Positions 9,175-19,760 of a stretch of DNA of 29,136 nt are shown here, piece by piece (the first letter of the stretch is position 1; each line of letters opens with the position of its first letter). The position numbers and the translations under genes were made by a program. This stretch comes from Octopus sinensis. Taxonomy: Eukaryota. The DNA lies in assembly GCF_006345805.1 (NCBI RefSeq), contig NW_021834109.1:1-29136 (forward strand). The letters are read 5' to 3'. The notes beneath the pieces were generated by a model. It had not been told where the DNA came from. It worked only from the letters and a program-made list of their open reading frames with translations, and made no database searches.

Positions 9175-12112
9175 GTTGCTATGTCCTTCAATGTCAGAGG
9201 TCTGAAAACCGTGGCTAAGAGGCACCTTCTATGTACTGATCTCGAAAAATACCAGGGCTCTATATGCTGTCTACAGGAGACTAAAGTAAAACACGGACTT
9301 GACGAAATACACGGAAATTATCGCCTAATACTGCTTCCCTCAGAATCTATACATTATGGACAAGGATTCGCAATACACAAGAACCACACCTCCAGACTAT
9401 ATCGATATTGGAAAGTCAGCGATAGGATCAGCGTCTTACAACTACGTACAATCTCAAGCAGCAAGTCGAGGAGACTCACGTCAATTGTCAATGTCTACGC
9501 GCCACACAGTGGACGTATTCAAAAAAATCCAGAAGAACTTGATATCTTCTATGAGGAATTAGGAAGGACATTAACAGACCTCGGTTCTTCGTACTTTCTG
9601 TTTGTTGCCGGGGACTGGAATGCGAAAGTTGGAACCCGTAAGGAAACGAAAGTTTTATTGGCCATCACGGAAGAGGAATCAGAACTATCCAGGAACTGTT
9701 CTAGCTGAATTCTGTCGGGTCTTTGACCTATTCCTATGCAACACCGGTTTCCAGCATCCCGCGCGTCACAAAACGACGTGGACTGGCCAACGACCCTCAC
9801 CGACCGCAGGGTCCGTCAACATTTTCAACCAAATTGACTACATCGTCTGTCGAGCCGGGGAAAAATCGCTTCTCCGAGACTCAAGGTCTTATGGAGGTGC
9901 AGCTACTTACAGTGATCATAAAATTGTCTCTGCCAAGTTTGCTATGAAGACATCAATTGACCTACGACGAAGAGGGCCCAACGCTGATGTAAGGATAAGG
10001 CATAAAATCGAACAACTGTGCTCATCTACGCTGGTCAGAGACAACTACCAACTGTCAATCATGAAATCTCTTGGAAACATAAATGCCGAACTTTCTCCAG
10101 GAGGTGCCTGGGCGGAGACAATGAAAGGGATCCTCTTGGCAGCCGACGAGGCAATTGGCCTTCGGTCGCAAGTACTATGCAACAAAGGTATACACTCTGA
10201 TCTCCCTGCCCTCATCAAAGAACAAAAGGAGCTAAGACTACAACTGGAAAACACATCTGATCCGAAGAAGAAACAAATCTTACAGAATAGACGTTCATCT
10301 ACCCAGAAAAAAATCAAAATGTTGAACAAGACAAACTTCACTAACAAACTCGACTTAATAGCTGCAGGAATTGAACAGCTAAAGGACTCTTCAAAATGTT
10401 TACGGCAATCCGCCTACTCAACAGGAAAAACACAAACTCAAATCCATGACAGCAATGGAAGATTCATCACAAATCCCAAAGAGCAGGCTGAATATATAGC
10501 CTCGTATTTCGAGAGTATATTAACCGCTCACGGAGAAATATCCGATTACACCAGCGGATACACCACTCATCTCAGCCTACCTATCACCACCGGTGAAGTA
10601 TCAACTGCAATAGCCAAACTTAAAAATGGCCGCTCCTCTGGACCGGATGGAATAAATTCAGAACTGTTTTAATACGGACCGCCTGCACTAACAGACAAAC
10701 TGGCGGAGCTACTCAATGGTATGTTTATGAAAAAGGAATTCCTCGGTCTTGATTCCGGATTATTAATACCGATCCAAAAGCCTAACAAGCAGGCTGGGCC
10801 TGTCGAAAATCTACGCCCTATAATCTTGCTAAACACCTTACGGAAACTTTTGGGATTAGTTACACTGAACCGAATAAGAGAACAAGTGGACAACTATCTA
10901 TCCCCGAGTCATAGTGGATTTAGGACAGGAAGATCCACCGCCGATGCTGTTTGGGCCCACAAGTGGTACTGCGCTATCACCCAGAGATACAAAAAAGTGC
11001 AAAACAGTCCTGGGAATAGACCTGTCTAGGGCCTTTGACACGGTACGCCGTGGTCTACTCCTCAAAATACTGGAACAATTCCTGGACCCTGACTCTGTCA
11101 ATATGATAAGAGTACTACTATCGAACACAAAGCTCAAGGTGCGGGTCGGCACGGCGTTTTCCCGTGAATTCACGTGCAACGTGGTACCCCTCAGGGAGAC
11201 GCCCTCTCGCCGTTGCTATTCGTGATCTATCTGGAGACGGCACTACGAGACCTTCGAAAATTCTATGCTGGCAATATCGTCGAAATTGTATATGCAGATG
11301 ACGTCGACTTCGTGTCAGACGACAAATCGGCCTTACTTCGACTCCTTGAAGTGGCACCTGCTGAGCTGAACAGATGGTTCCTTAAAATGAACGTTGGAAA
11401 AACCGACATCGTTGAAATCATGAGGATGGAGAGCAGCTCAAGTGAAGCCTGGCGCAAAACGAGCAAACTCGGTTCTCTACTTGGGGACGGCCATGATATT
11501 GTCAGAAGAAAGGCTCTCGCTTGGGCCACGATGAACAAGATAAAGAAAGAGTGGATCGGCAAACGACGACTCTGTACGTCACTTCGTCTGAGGATGTATG
11601 AAGCCTTTGTCAAACCAATCCTGACATATAATTCGGCGACCTGGGGAATGTCTAGTACTGAACAACGTGGACTCGATTCTTTTCACCGCAGGCAACTTAG
11701 ATCCCTACTGGGATTGAACTGGCCTATAAGAATCAACCAGGAATCGCTATACAATAGATGCAGAACTGGCCCTCTGAGTGTGGAAATCGTTAATATGCGG
11801 TGGAGGTTATTTGGCCATATTCTACGAATGGACATGCTTGCCCCAGCTAACATAGCAATGGAGGGCTACTTCCTGAAGAGGGATCGAGCTTCCGTGGACG
11901 TCCACGTGTTACGCTGCCGGAAACACTTGACGGAGACCTGAAATGTGTGAAGAAAAGGCTAAGGAGTGGTGAGGATCTGGACAAGCTGAGGAAACTCGCT
12001 CACGACAGAGGAGGTTGGAGGAGGCTGGTTCAAAGGATTGTTTTTAATGCTGCACGAGTAAAATTATAACTAATATGATTCTACGTATGTTGCAAATAAT
12101 AATAATAATAAA
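9175..12112 (+). mobile_element. Non-LTR retrotransposon (LINE), APE endonuclease plus RT, RTE-like; stop at 10670 and several frameshifts; (AAT)5 tail
   Basis: SFNVRGL..CLQETK, VYAP, GDWNA, IDYI, SDHK (APE); GPDGI, RPIILL, IDLSRAFD, GTPQGDALSP, YADD (RT); DRGGWRRLV C-terminus; AAT repeats at 12095-12109. Confidence 0.95.
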
Positions 12113-12591
12113 CATTTTGAATCGTTCCGTCAATATAGAAAACCAGAATTCTCTTACGACAAAAAATAAACCAAATATGTATGATATGAATTTAAGTAAC
12201 TAAAACCAAAAGAACGTTATGAAAATTTGATAATCTAAAAATTAAAAAATTGTTGAAGTATAAAAATTTTATAATTTGACAATCTACAAAGTATTTAGGG
12301 ATTTTTACAACTTTAAAGTTAAAATAACTTCAATTGTTCTTGCATAGGAAAGCATTATTTCACAACATGCATGGAGATTACTGGCATTAAAGACAGTACC
12401 TGAGTAAATACAAAATCAATTTCGTTAATAGTATTATAAGGATATCGCGAGTATTTTTTACATTGCCAAACAGAAAAATCGGGTTGAACAGAATAAATAA
12501 TGATTGACGAATTAATTAAAATATTTAACCGAAAAATTAAACTTAATAACATTTAATGTTAATTAATGAAACAAGAAAAAAGAGAAGTTAA

Positions 12592-12665
12592 CTAAATTAG
12601 ATGAGTCGCCGAGCGGATGGACAGGCAATTTCCACGTAATATCGCGAACGATATCCGCTGATCAA
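12592..12665 (-). mobile_element. 3' fragment of an RLE-type (CRE-like) non-LTR retrotransposon
   Basis: DQRISFAILRGNCLSIRSATHLI*, matching the QRxSxAxxRGN terminal motif. Confidence 0.65.
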
Positions 12666-13415
12666 TAAGCCCATAGAAGATTTGAATCATCTAACTATAG
12701 AACTGAGTTAGAAAACCACCATGAGGATTTAGCAAGACAAGCCACCAAGAATGGGAAGACATCTCCTCCCTTACTTTACATGTCGAAAAAATTTTTTATT
12801 CTTATTTCAATTGTTGTCATTGTAAACTTTCATGCTACTGTGAAATGCTGCGGGCCATGAAAGGAATTCGGTTTTGACGACAATAAATGCAATCCTCAGT
12901 AGTTGTATGGCATAAAACGCAAAAGCCTATAATTTTGATGCCAGAAGAATCGATTTGCAATGAAACGATTTGATAATGCGTTCATTTTTCAAACTTAAAA
13001 TTAATTATTTTAAGTTTTGTAACTTTTAAGAAAAATAGCGACATTACTTTTTTAAGATTTCTATTAAGATGAAGAATATGGCAAGACTTTTTAGGGAAAT
13101 TTTATATTATTAGGGATTAGTTAGATTTTTATTTCTATAAACAGCTCTGTTCATGGCTGTCTCGATGTCCCTGTCAATTACAATGGAATTCAGCATTGAT
13201 ATTAAAGTTGAGCAAAAATAGTATTTGATGGGGTTTAATATATTTTACGTATCTCTGTTTTTCGTTCGTAGCTAAAAACAACATTTTTCATTGTGCACTG
13301 GAGTCACCAATTTTCTAACTCAGTTAAAGTTTGGTGACATAGTCTTCAACCTCATTGTACTGGGTGCCTTGATGGCAATGATAATAAAACAAAGTGCTTT
13401 TTTCTTTTTAGTATG

Positions 13416-13847
13416 ATTATGCATGACTTGAGTGCTCAGTCGATCATGAATAGAAGGCACGCTGTCACAAACAGGGAATATAGATAAGAAACCTTAATTC
13501 AAATATCTGAGCAGAATCAAACGTCACTGAAGATGGGAAAAAGTTGAAGAGAATTTGGTAGAATTGACTAATGATTGACGAGTTAATTAAAATATTGGAG
13601 CAGACTAAAACTGTCATTGATTAGCTTGTTTACTTATAATTTAAAGTAAATTACTTATGGCCATATGGCCATATGGATACGAATTTATAAAACCTGCTTT
13701 CATTCTATTGTAAAATGCTACAGGCTAAAAAAGTCAGGTAATGAAACAAAAGAAACAAATAAGGATCTGCTGTAAATGCAACCCTCAGTGGTTGCATGGG
13801 GCATAAAAAGGAAACGCCTCTTTTTTAACACCAAAAAATTCAATTTG
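13416..13847. repeat. Degenerate repeat family copy A, possibly decayed hAT-like coding sequence
   Basis: Aligns with 14822-15347; shorter related pieces near 12495-12530 and 12870-12960. Plus-strand MIDELIKILEQ is only weakly hAT-like. Confidence 0.8.
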
Positions 13848-13984
13848 TTTTGTTACACATACAAATTACATAACTTTTAACGTGTTTTTCAAAATCTGTT
13901 AATCGCGAACTCATTCAAGGTCATTTTTTTATTTAATCACGAACCTTTATTGATAAAAAAAGAAACTAATTAACTAAGGAGGCT

Positions 13985-14085
13985 CAAGGACACGTGAGAG
14001 GGCCTCTGGTCCCGCCAGCGCATCGGCCTGGCCATTGTTCAGGACAACGCACACTGCGTCCTCGCCGCTGGGACTAAATTGCTTA
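13985..14085 (+). mobile_element. 3' fragment of an RLE-type (CRE-like) retrotransposon
   Basis: GC-rich patch reading WSRQRIGLAIVQDNAHCVLAAG, resembling QRLSLAIQRGNAASVLG. Confidence 0.55.
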
Positions 14086-14821
14086 TCTTAAAAAAATTAA
14101 CTAAGTAATTTTTCTAACTAAGTGCAGAGCCTTCAAAGTGTTAATAATTTCAAAATAATGTGATTTTATACTCCTATTTTACAGATTAGGCACAGCGTAA
14201 AATAGAAACTTAAACCTAACGCAAAACAGAATTATAACCCTATCTATACCATTTCAGATTTAAAGTGAAACTTAACAAAAGCAAAGTGGAACAATAAAAT
14301 TATTTAATAAACCATATCATCATTATTTAAGACAGATGAGGCCAACCCCTTAATTCTTGCAAATACGATGTTGCATATAAATGGAGTGATTATAAATAAA
14401 GAGTTAATCATAGTTTCTTCTAACTTTTGAAGTCGAAACTCAGTAGTTAACAAAGCTTCTTCTTCCACACCATTCAAAATATTTTTAATGTCTGTTGCAA
14501 TGTGTTTTTTGTCAGCTTTAAATACTGACTGAATATTCTCAAATGGGGTGGCCTATAAAGAGATGGTGACTGAAGGGAACTTGATCTCTTGGATTGTTAC
14601 ATTATAAATTGAAACGTGGATCCTTTAATAAGGAATCTGCCCATGAATGGATGAGAATTTGTCTACGAAAAGGCAGGGAATCTCACAATTTTTTAGCAGT
14701 GCTAGTGGTAGGCAATGGTCCATGGCATTTACGAATTGAAGAAATTGTTAAAGAAAAGGAATTCATTGGAAATAAAATTTAAAGATTGGGTTCTTATAGC
14801 TTTATGCTTTTGGCCAGTCCC

Positions 14822-15347
14822 ATTATGCATGAATTAAGTGGTCAGTCGATCGTCAATAGAAGGCACGCGTTACAAACGGAGAATACAGATAAGAAACGTT
14901 TATTCTAATATCAGAGCAGAATCAAACGTCACTGAGGATGTGAAAATGAGGAATAGAATTTGCTAGAATTAACTAATGATTGACAAATTTTTTTTTCTGT
15001 ATAGAAAAATTTATCAATTAATATCGATTAATCGCAGGGAAGGCCAGAGGTCTGGCGGATCGCCAAACTGTTCCCCCGGATAACGGCAATCGAGAATTGA
15101 TTAAAATATTGTAGCAGACTAAAACTGTCATTGATTAGCTTTATTACTTATAATTTAAAGTAAATTACCAATGGCCATATGGCCATATGGATAGAAATCC
15201 ATAAACTCTGAATTCATGAGTCAGTAAAATGATACAGGAAAGAAAAGTATGATCAACAAAAAATATGTCAGCGATAAATGCAACCACTGAGGGTAGCATG
15301 GGGCATAAAAAGGAAAAGCCTCTTTTTTAAAACAAAAGATTCAATTG
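14822..15347. repeat. Degenerate repeat family copy B, with an insertion at 14985-15091
   Basis: Colinear with 13416-13847 apart from a ~105-bp insert. Confidence 0.8.
14985..15091 (-). mobile_element. Extremely 5'-truncated RLE-type retrotransposon insertion with A-tail
   Basis: Minus strand IAVIRGNSLAIRQTSGLPCD*, short 3' UTR and A9; absent from paralogous copy A. Confidence 0.7.
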
Positions 15348-15404
15348 GCATAGAATATTCATTTTTCAAACTTTAAATCAATCAATTTCAGATTTTTTGA
15401 ACTC

Positions 15405-15880
15405 TGCGCCTCGGACTAAGGCAATGTGTCCCGCACACGTGCCGCTGTGGCTGCACTGTTGACCCTTTCGGTCTGCACCCTTTATCATGCAGGAGGAGTG
15501 CCGGACGTTTCCCGAGGCACTCTGCTATGAATGACATCATACGGAGGGCCCTCGACTCGGCGGGATTTCCTTTGGTCCTCGAACCACCGGGTCTTGACCG
15601 CGGCGATGGGAAACGTCCTGACGGGATGACCCTTTTCCCTTTTGAAGGCGGAAAAGGTCTCGTATGGGATGCAACCTGCTGGGACACCTATTCTGCTTCT
15701 CATTTAACTTCGTGTGCTCTGGAGGCTAAATCTGCAGCTAAGAAGGCTGAAGATTTAAAGCTAGACTGCTAGCTAACACACAGTTTTGAGACTTTAGCTG
15801 TTCGAACTACATATTTGATCTCAGCCTCAGGGTTCCGAAGAACACAGGAGACTAGTGGTAATATTTCGTTCTTAACTGAA
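15405..15880 (+). mobile_element. RLE-type (CRE-like) retrotransposon: zinc knuckle and restriction-like endonuclease fragment
   Basis: [85 protein letters not shown], then FETLA after a break. Confidence 0.85.
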
Positions 15881-16119
15881 TTTCCAACCAATGTCAGTAA
15901 AAAAAAGTATATGGTTTTATCGACACAATAGTGAGAGAAGGAAATAACAAAAAATTGGTTTAACAAAAAAAATATTTAAGGAATTAGCGCTTAGGGGGCT
16001 TGAAAACTAGAACCATGATGGTCTCGGAAGCCCTCAAAACTTAAAGAACACTCCTCAGACTGCACCCATTAATATATGAGTGTGCCTGACAACTATCTTA
16101 ATAGTGTATCCAAGGAAAC

Positions 16120-17346
16120 ATGGTGATAAGAGTGCGGGATGTGGAGTGGGGCCAATCGGAGAGTGCATTATATCTCAAACTTGAACTGCATGGGAGCAGT
16201 CCGTCGTCGGTGGACATTGTGTGCACGAGGAGATACATCAAAGTATATAACCCCACCAATCAGGCCAATTACCAGCCTTACTTGTTTGAGTGTCTGCTCT
16301 ATGCAGATGTGGAAGAGGACGAGTCAACTGTGGTGATAAAAGAAGGACAAATAATGTTCAATCTGAGAAAAGTAGTCCCCGAAGTGTGGCCGACGTTCAT
16401 GTCGGAGGGTAGGGAAATGAAATAAGTTGCAGACAACAAGGAGAAGATGAGAGATGAAAGGGAGTGGAGGAAGGTGAAGGAAGACAAGAGTAGTGCACGC
16501 AAACAAATGGCAGTGAGGGCGGCCATTGCTGTACTCATCCCATCACACTTGCCCAGCTCGACTCAGAGAAGACTAGTCAAATCGAGCTGTTCAAGGAAAA
16601 GGAGAACAAGAAAGTGGCAGATGGACTGACAGCCCTGAAGGTGGCCTCCCCGAGTCATCCATCGACCACCAGACAAAATGAGTCTCCTAAAGAATTCCCA
16701 ATTCGTGATGCCGGGAAAATAAAAATGTCATTCACTGAGCGATATTTCCCAACACCCTCTCGGGAGTCGAGGGCGGAAGAGGAGGAGGAAGTGAGTGGTG
16801 AATCATAAGTGGCAGTGGTTGAGGAAGCAGGCGAGTGGTTGTCGGATCACAGGAGGGGAGTTGGAGTCCAACCCAGTCCTCATAAGGGACAAAGCAAAGT
16901 AAATATTCACAATATTCAGCAAATTTTACATTCACGGAGACTACGATTCTGCCATAAGCGCCTACTCCCACGGAATATCCCTCAGCCCAGGAATGCCCTC
17001 GTATTCCCCACTGTACTTTCAACAGACTCTACTCCAACCGGGCAGCCTCCTACCTTCAGAAGGGGTTATATTCAAACTGCATTCAGGATTGTCGCCAGGT
17101 ATTCCTCACCACACACCCAGGCACTCACACTCCTCCTCCCTCCAGTCCAGGCCAACAAACATAGTCGTCTGAAGGCGCTCTGTCGAATGGGGACTTCCTA
17201 CTTTCACCTTGGAGAGTATGGGGAAGGTGGGAGTATTCTGGCATCCTCTAGCTCGGGCTGCCCTTGAGAGTGCTCTTTCAATCGACCCCCTCAACCCACA
17301 ACTCCTCAGTGATTTGGAGATGATCAAGACGGTTGTTAACCAATAA
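16120..17346 (+). CDS. DNAAF4: Dynein axonemal assembly factor 4 (DYX1C1), 345 aa, CS/p23 domain plus TPRs. Introns 16243-16263, 16409-16432, 16531-16556, 16791-16815, 16899-16919, 17001-17025, 17099-17120, 17227-17251
   Basis: Spliced frame is open end to end and colinear with DYX1C1: VRDVEWGQS, YIKANYQPYLFE, GKIKMSFTERYFPTPSRES.AEEEEEWLRKQA, LYSNRAASYL, LKALCRMGT, ALSIDP. Confidence 0.92.
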
Positions 17347-17364
17347 ATGGTTTTGTGATGTGCT

Positions 17365-17600
17365 CAAATGGCAATAGAACAGAAAAGAGTGTCAATAGGA
17401 CAATGCAATAGGGCAGTCGTGAATTGCGTCTGATTGGCGTGCTATGGAAAATAGGACAGAAAAGGGTGCCAATTGAGCAGTACCAATGGGCAGTCGTATA
17501 CATAAGACAGTAGGATGAATTGCATCTGGTTGTCGGGTTGATAGTCCCAATAGGACACTCCCAATAGGACAGTCATAGCGTGAATTGCGTTCGATGAGCA
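17365..17600. repeat. Degenerate hierarchical minisatellite
   Basis: Recurring AATAGGACA, GGGCAGTCGT and TGAATTGC in three loose 55-100-bp blocks. Confidence 0.7.
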
Positions 17601-17659
17601 TTGTTTAATAAATGAGCATTCTCATCATTTCGTGATATATTTAATAAGTGCTACGGGAA

Positions 17660-18082
17660 ATGAGGAGAATGACGGAATTGGAAGACGTGTTGAAAGAGGA
17701 GGAATTTTACGTGTGGGATGAAGAAGACAAGTGTGGGAGCACGGTGAGTACAGTGCGACTGCACTCTTCGCAAATGTTCCTGACAGTAAAGACGAATTTG
17801 ATAGACGTGGTGAGTGATTGTGAGGAGGTAAAAGTGATCGACTGTTATCGGGTGCGTGACCTGAGGACGAAAGTGGAGTGTGGGTGGGCGAGACTGCAAT
17901 TCTGGCTGGGATCAGACCTGTTGAATTTGAGTGGAATGAACATGGCTTGCAATTTGTAGGAGAGAATAAAAGTAGAGGGATGTGTAACGTGGAAAAATAG
18001 AGTGGTGTTCGGCCCGGTGGTGAACAATTTGTGTCCACCGGACATAATTGTGAGGCAGTTGTTGTGGTTGTGTGAAGAGTAG
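17660..18082 (+). CDS. Possible unidentified coding region in the GC-rich island
   Basis: Purine-rich strand bias like DNAAF4; 99-codon frame MRRMTELEDVLKEEEFYVW, continuing in frame after TAG 17957-17959. No family recognised, no clean intron model. Confidence 0.3.
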
Positions 18083-18813
18083 GTTTATGATGTCGGCGGA
18101 GGGAGTGGTGAACGTGGGGAAATAAAGTAATTTTAGGAAGAGTAGAATTATTCGGTTTTTCCACGGGAAAATAAGCGAAAAGTCTTTTTTCGATTTTGGC
18201 AATTAGTCGGTCATAAACCAAGGACTGACATCGTTGTTGGGTTGAGTCTGGCGATGAATTTTACTAGCACTATTTTTGCACGGGAATCTGTCTAGCGGGG
18301 GATATTATATAGAGGTAACTAAAGCTTTTATTCGTTTTGAAAAATTGTTGATTACTTTTTGAATTGTTTACTTTAACGTATTATTGGAATCTGGAATATT
18401 TGGGACTTATATTGATTGAAAAACGTCAAATTTTTTATTATTCAAAGTTTCATAAATATTTTTTTTGTTTGAATAATTGAAATTATGTTCCCACGTGTTA
18501 TAGAGCTCCAGGCCTTTCTAGTGATATTCTTATGTTCTGAGAGGAAAAATAGTTCACGCACGTAGCATCTCAAACAATACACTTTTTCTTTGAAAGAGAG
18601 GTCTTATTTTTGCCATTCTTTTGCATCATAATTTTAACAAAAAATTCTACTCTTTTTGGTGATTTGTTGATTAATGAATATAAGAAATGAGGTTTGCATA
18701 ATTTTTAAATATTTAATTTTTCTAAATAGCTCAAATTTTTTACTGAATTTAACATTAACTTTTTTTTTTAAAAATTTTTTTTTTTAATAACGAAAACAAA
18801 AAAAAACTAGCTA

Positions 18814-18975
18814 TTATGAACTGGCTCGCAGGATTGAAAGACAATTCCCGCGTAAAACAGCCACCGAGATCCTCTGAATGAGGAATATAAATTCCCTCGG
18901 ATCTCTGGAGCGGTGGGTGCACAAGCGGCCAAGTTTCTTGAGATGGGCAAGCGTCTTGGCCCCAAACTTTATCAA
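18814..18975 (-). mobile_element. 3' fragment of an RLE-type (CRE-like) retrotransposon
   Basis: LKKLGRLCTHRSRDPREFIFLIQRISVAVLRGNCLSILRASS*. Confidence 0.8.
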
Positions 18976-19576
18976 CGAAATTAAGATTGTATTATGTTTT
19001 ACTGAATTCATATGAAATTGATTTATAATTATCGTTGATAATAACCTTTTTGGTTGCAAATAGGATAATAGTCGTCCTTATGAATGACGATCGGTCTTCC
19101 GCTGAAAATGAAAGAGAGACAGAGAGATATTATTGACCAAAAGACCAGGGTAAGCAAGTTAATTATAATTTCAAGTGATCCCCGATATCGCAAGCTTATT
19201 TTAGTATTTTTTTGTAAGATGGATAATTTTAGGCTTAGTTTTATTCACCAAGGCAAGTCTGAGCTTCTTTATTTAAAGAGAAGTACGATTTCCAACGTCA
19301 CAGGTTTCAAAGACAAAGGAAAAAGCACATTTTTTATTTTTGTCTATTTGCCATAATGTGGAATTTCAAAAAGTTACGGAAGATACCCGAAGTTGACTTT
19401 GATCTCTGAGATGAAGCTGTCTTTCAGTTGTTTTAAGAAAGTGGCTTGCATTAAACGCGACTTTCTCTAATATCTTATACTGTAAAAATCAAGCAGACTT
19501 ATATCTTGAATTTAAATAAAAATTGATAAGAATGAAAAACAATTGATGTTAACATTGATTTATCCCAAATTAAGAA

Positions 19577-19760
19577 GGCTTTGTGGTTGGTCGTAAGTGA
19601 TGCCTGTTGCCATCGTATGGTTGATGTGAACATGATAGTATTATGAAAGTAATACTCTCAGGTTTGAATAATGAGGGTCGTACTGGCTCAGGCCGGAAAC
19701 GGAGCAGGCAAAAGACCCCGCTTCTTCTATACGGTGATTACACCAATGGCGTCGCTTTTT
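19577..19760 (+). ncRNA. Signal recognition particle RNA (7SL), unusually short (~180 nt)
   Basis: Helix 8 motif CAGGCC-GGAA-ACGGAGCAGG (19689-19708) inside GGGTC/GACCC; helix 6 AGTATTAT-GAAA-GTAATACT; helix 5 pairings 19597-19604/19748-19755 and 19611-19620/19727-19736; T5 at 19756-19760. Confidence 0.9.
19756..19760 (+). terminator. RNA polymerase III oligo(T) terminator of the SRP RNA
   Basis: TTTTT directly after the 3' strand of helix 5. Confidence 0.75.

Larger units (their letters stand above)
2964..9175 (+). repeat. Tandem segmental repeat: units start at 2964, 5939 and 8907 (2975 bp, 2968 bp, ~270-bp stub)
   Basis: GTTTGTGAAATCGTGGATGAA recurs at the three positions; units 1 and 2 align end to end, mostly with 1-nt indels. 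Confidence 0.95.

Noticed and set aside
13416-15347. Rhodopsin-type GPCR reading (VAFIADIFF..SIWPYGH) as a receptor for the peptide
   Set aside because: No DRY or NPxxY, many stops, WPYGH arises from a DNA palindrome, and the nearby RY-like motif at 12.6 kb belongs to a retrotransposon fragment on inspection.
17365-17600. CRISPR-like array
   Set aside because: Repeats are degenerate and irregularly spaced, with no unique spacers or cas genes, in a eukaryotic context.
17625-18221. 198-aa minus-strand ORF
   Set aside because: Low-complexity S/P/H/T product, best explained as the shadow of a purine-rich plus strand.
18865-18920. Hammerhead-like hairpin (CTGAATGAG plus stem)
   Set aside because: Lacks the GAAA core and lies within RLE coding sequence on the minus strand.
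19084-19356. 90-aa plus-strand ORF
   Set aside because: No recognisable motif or intron structure.
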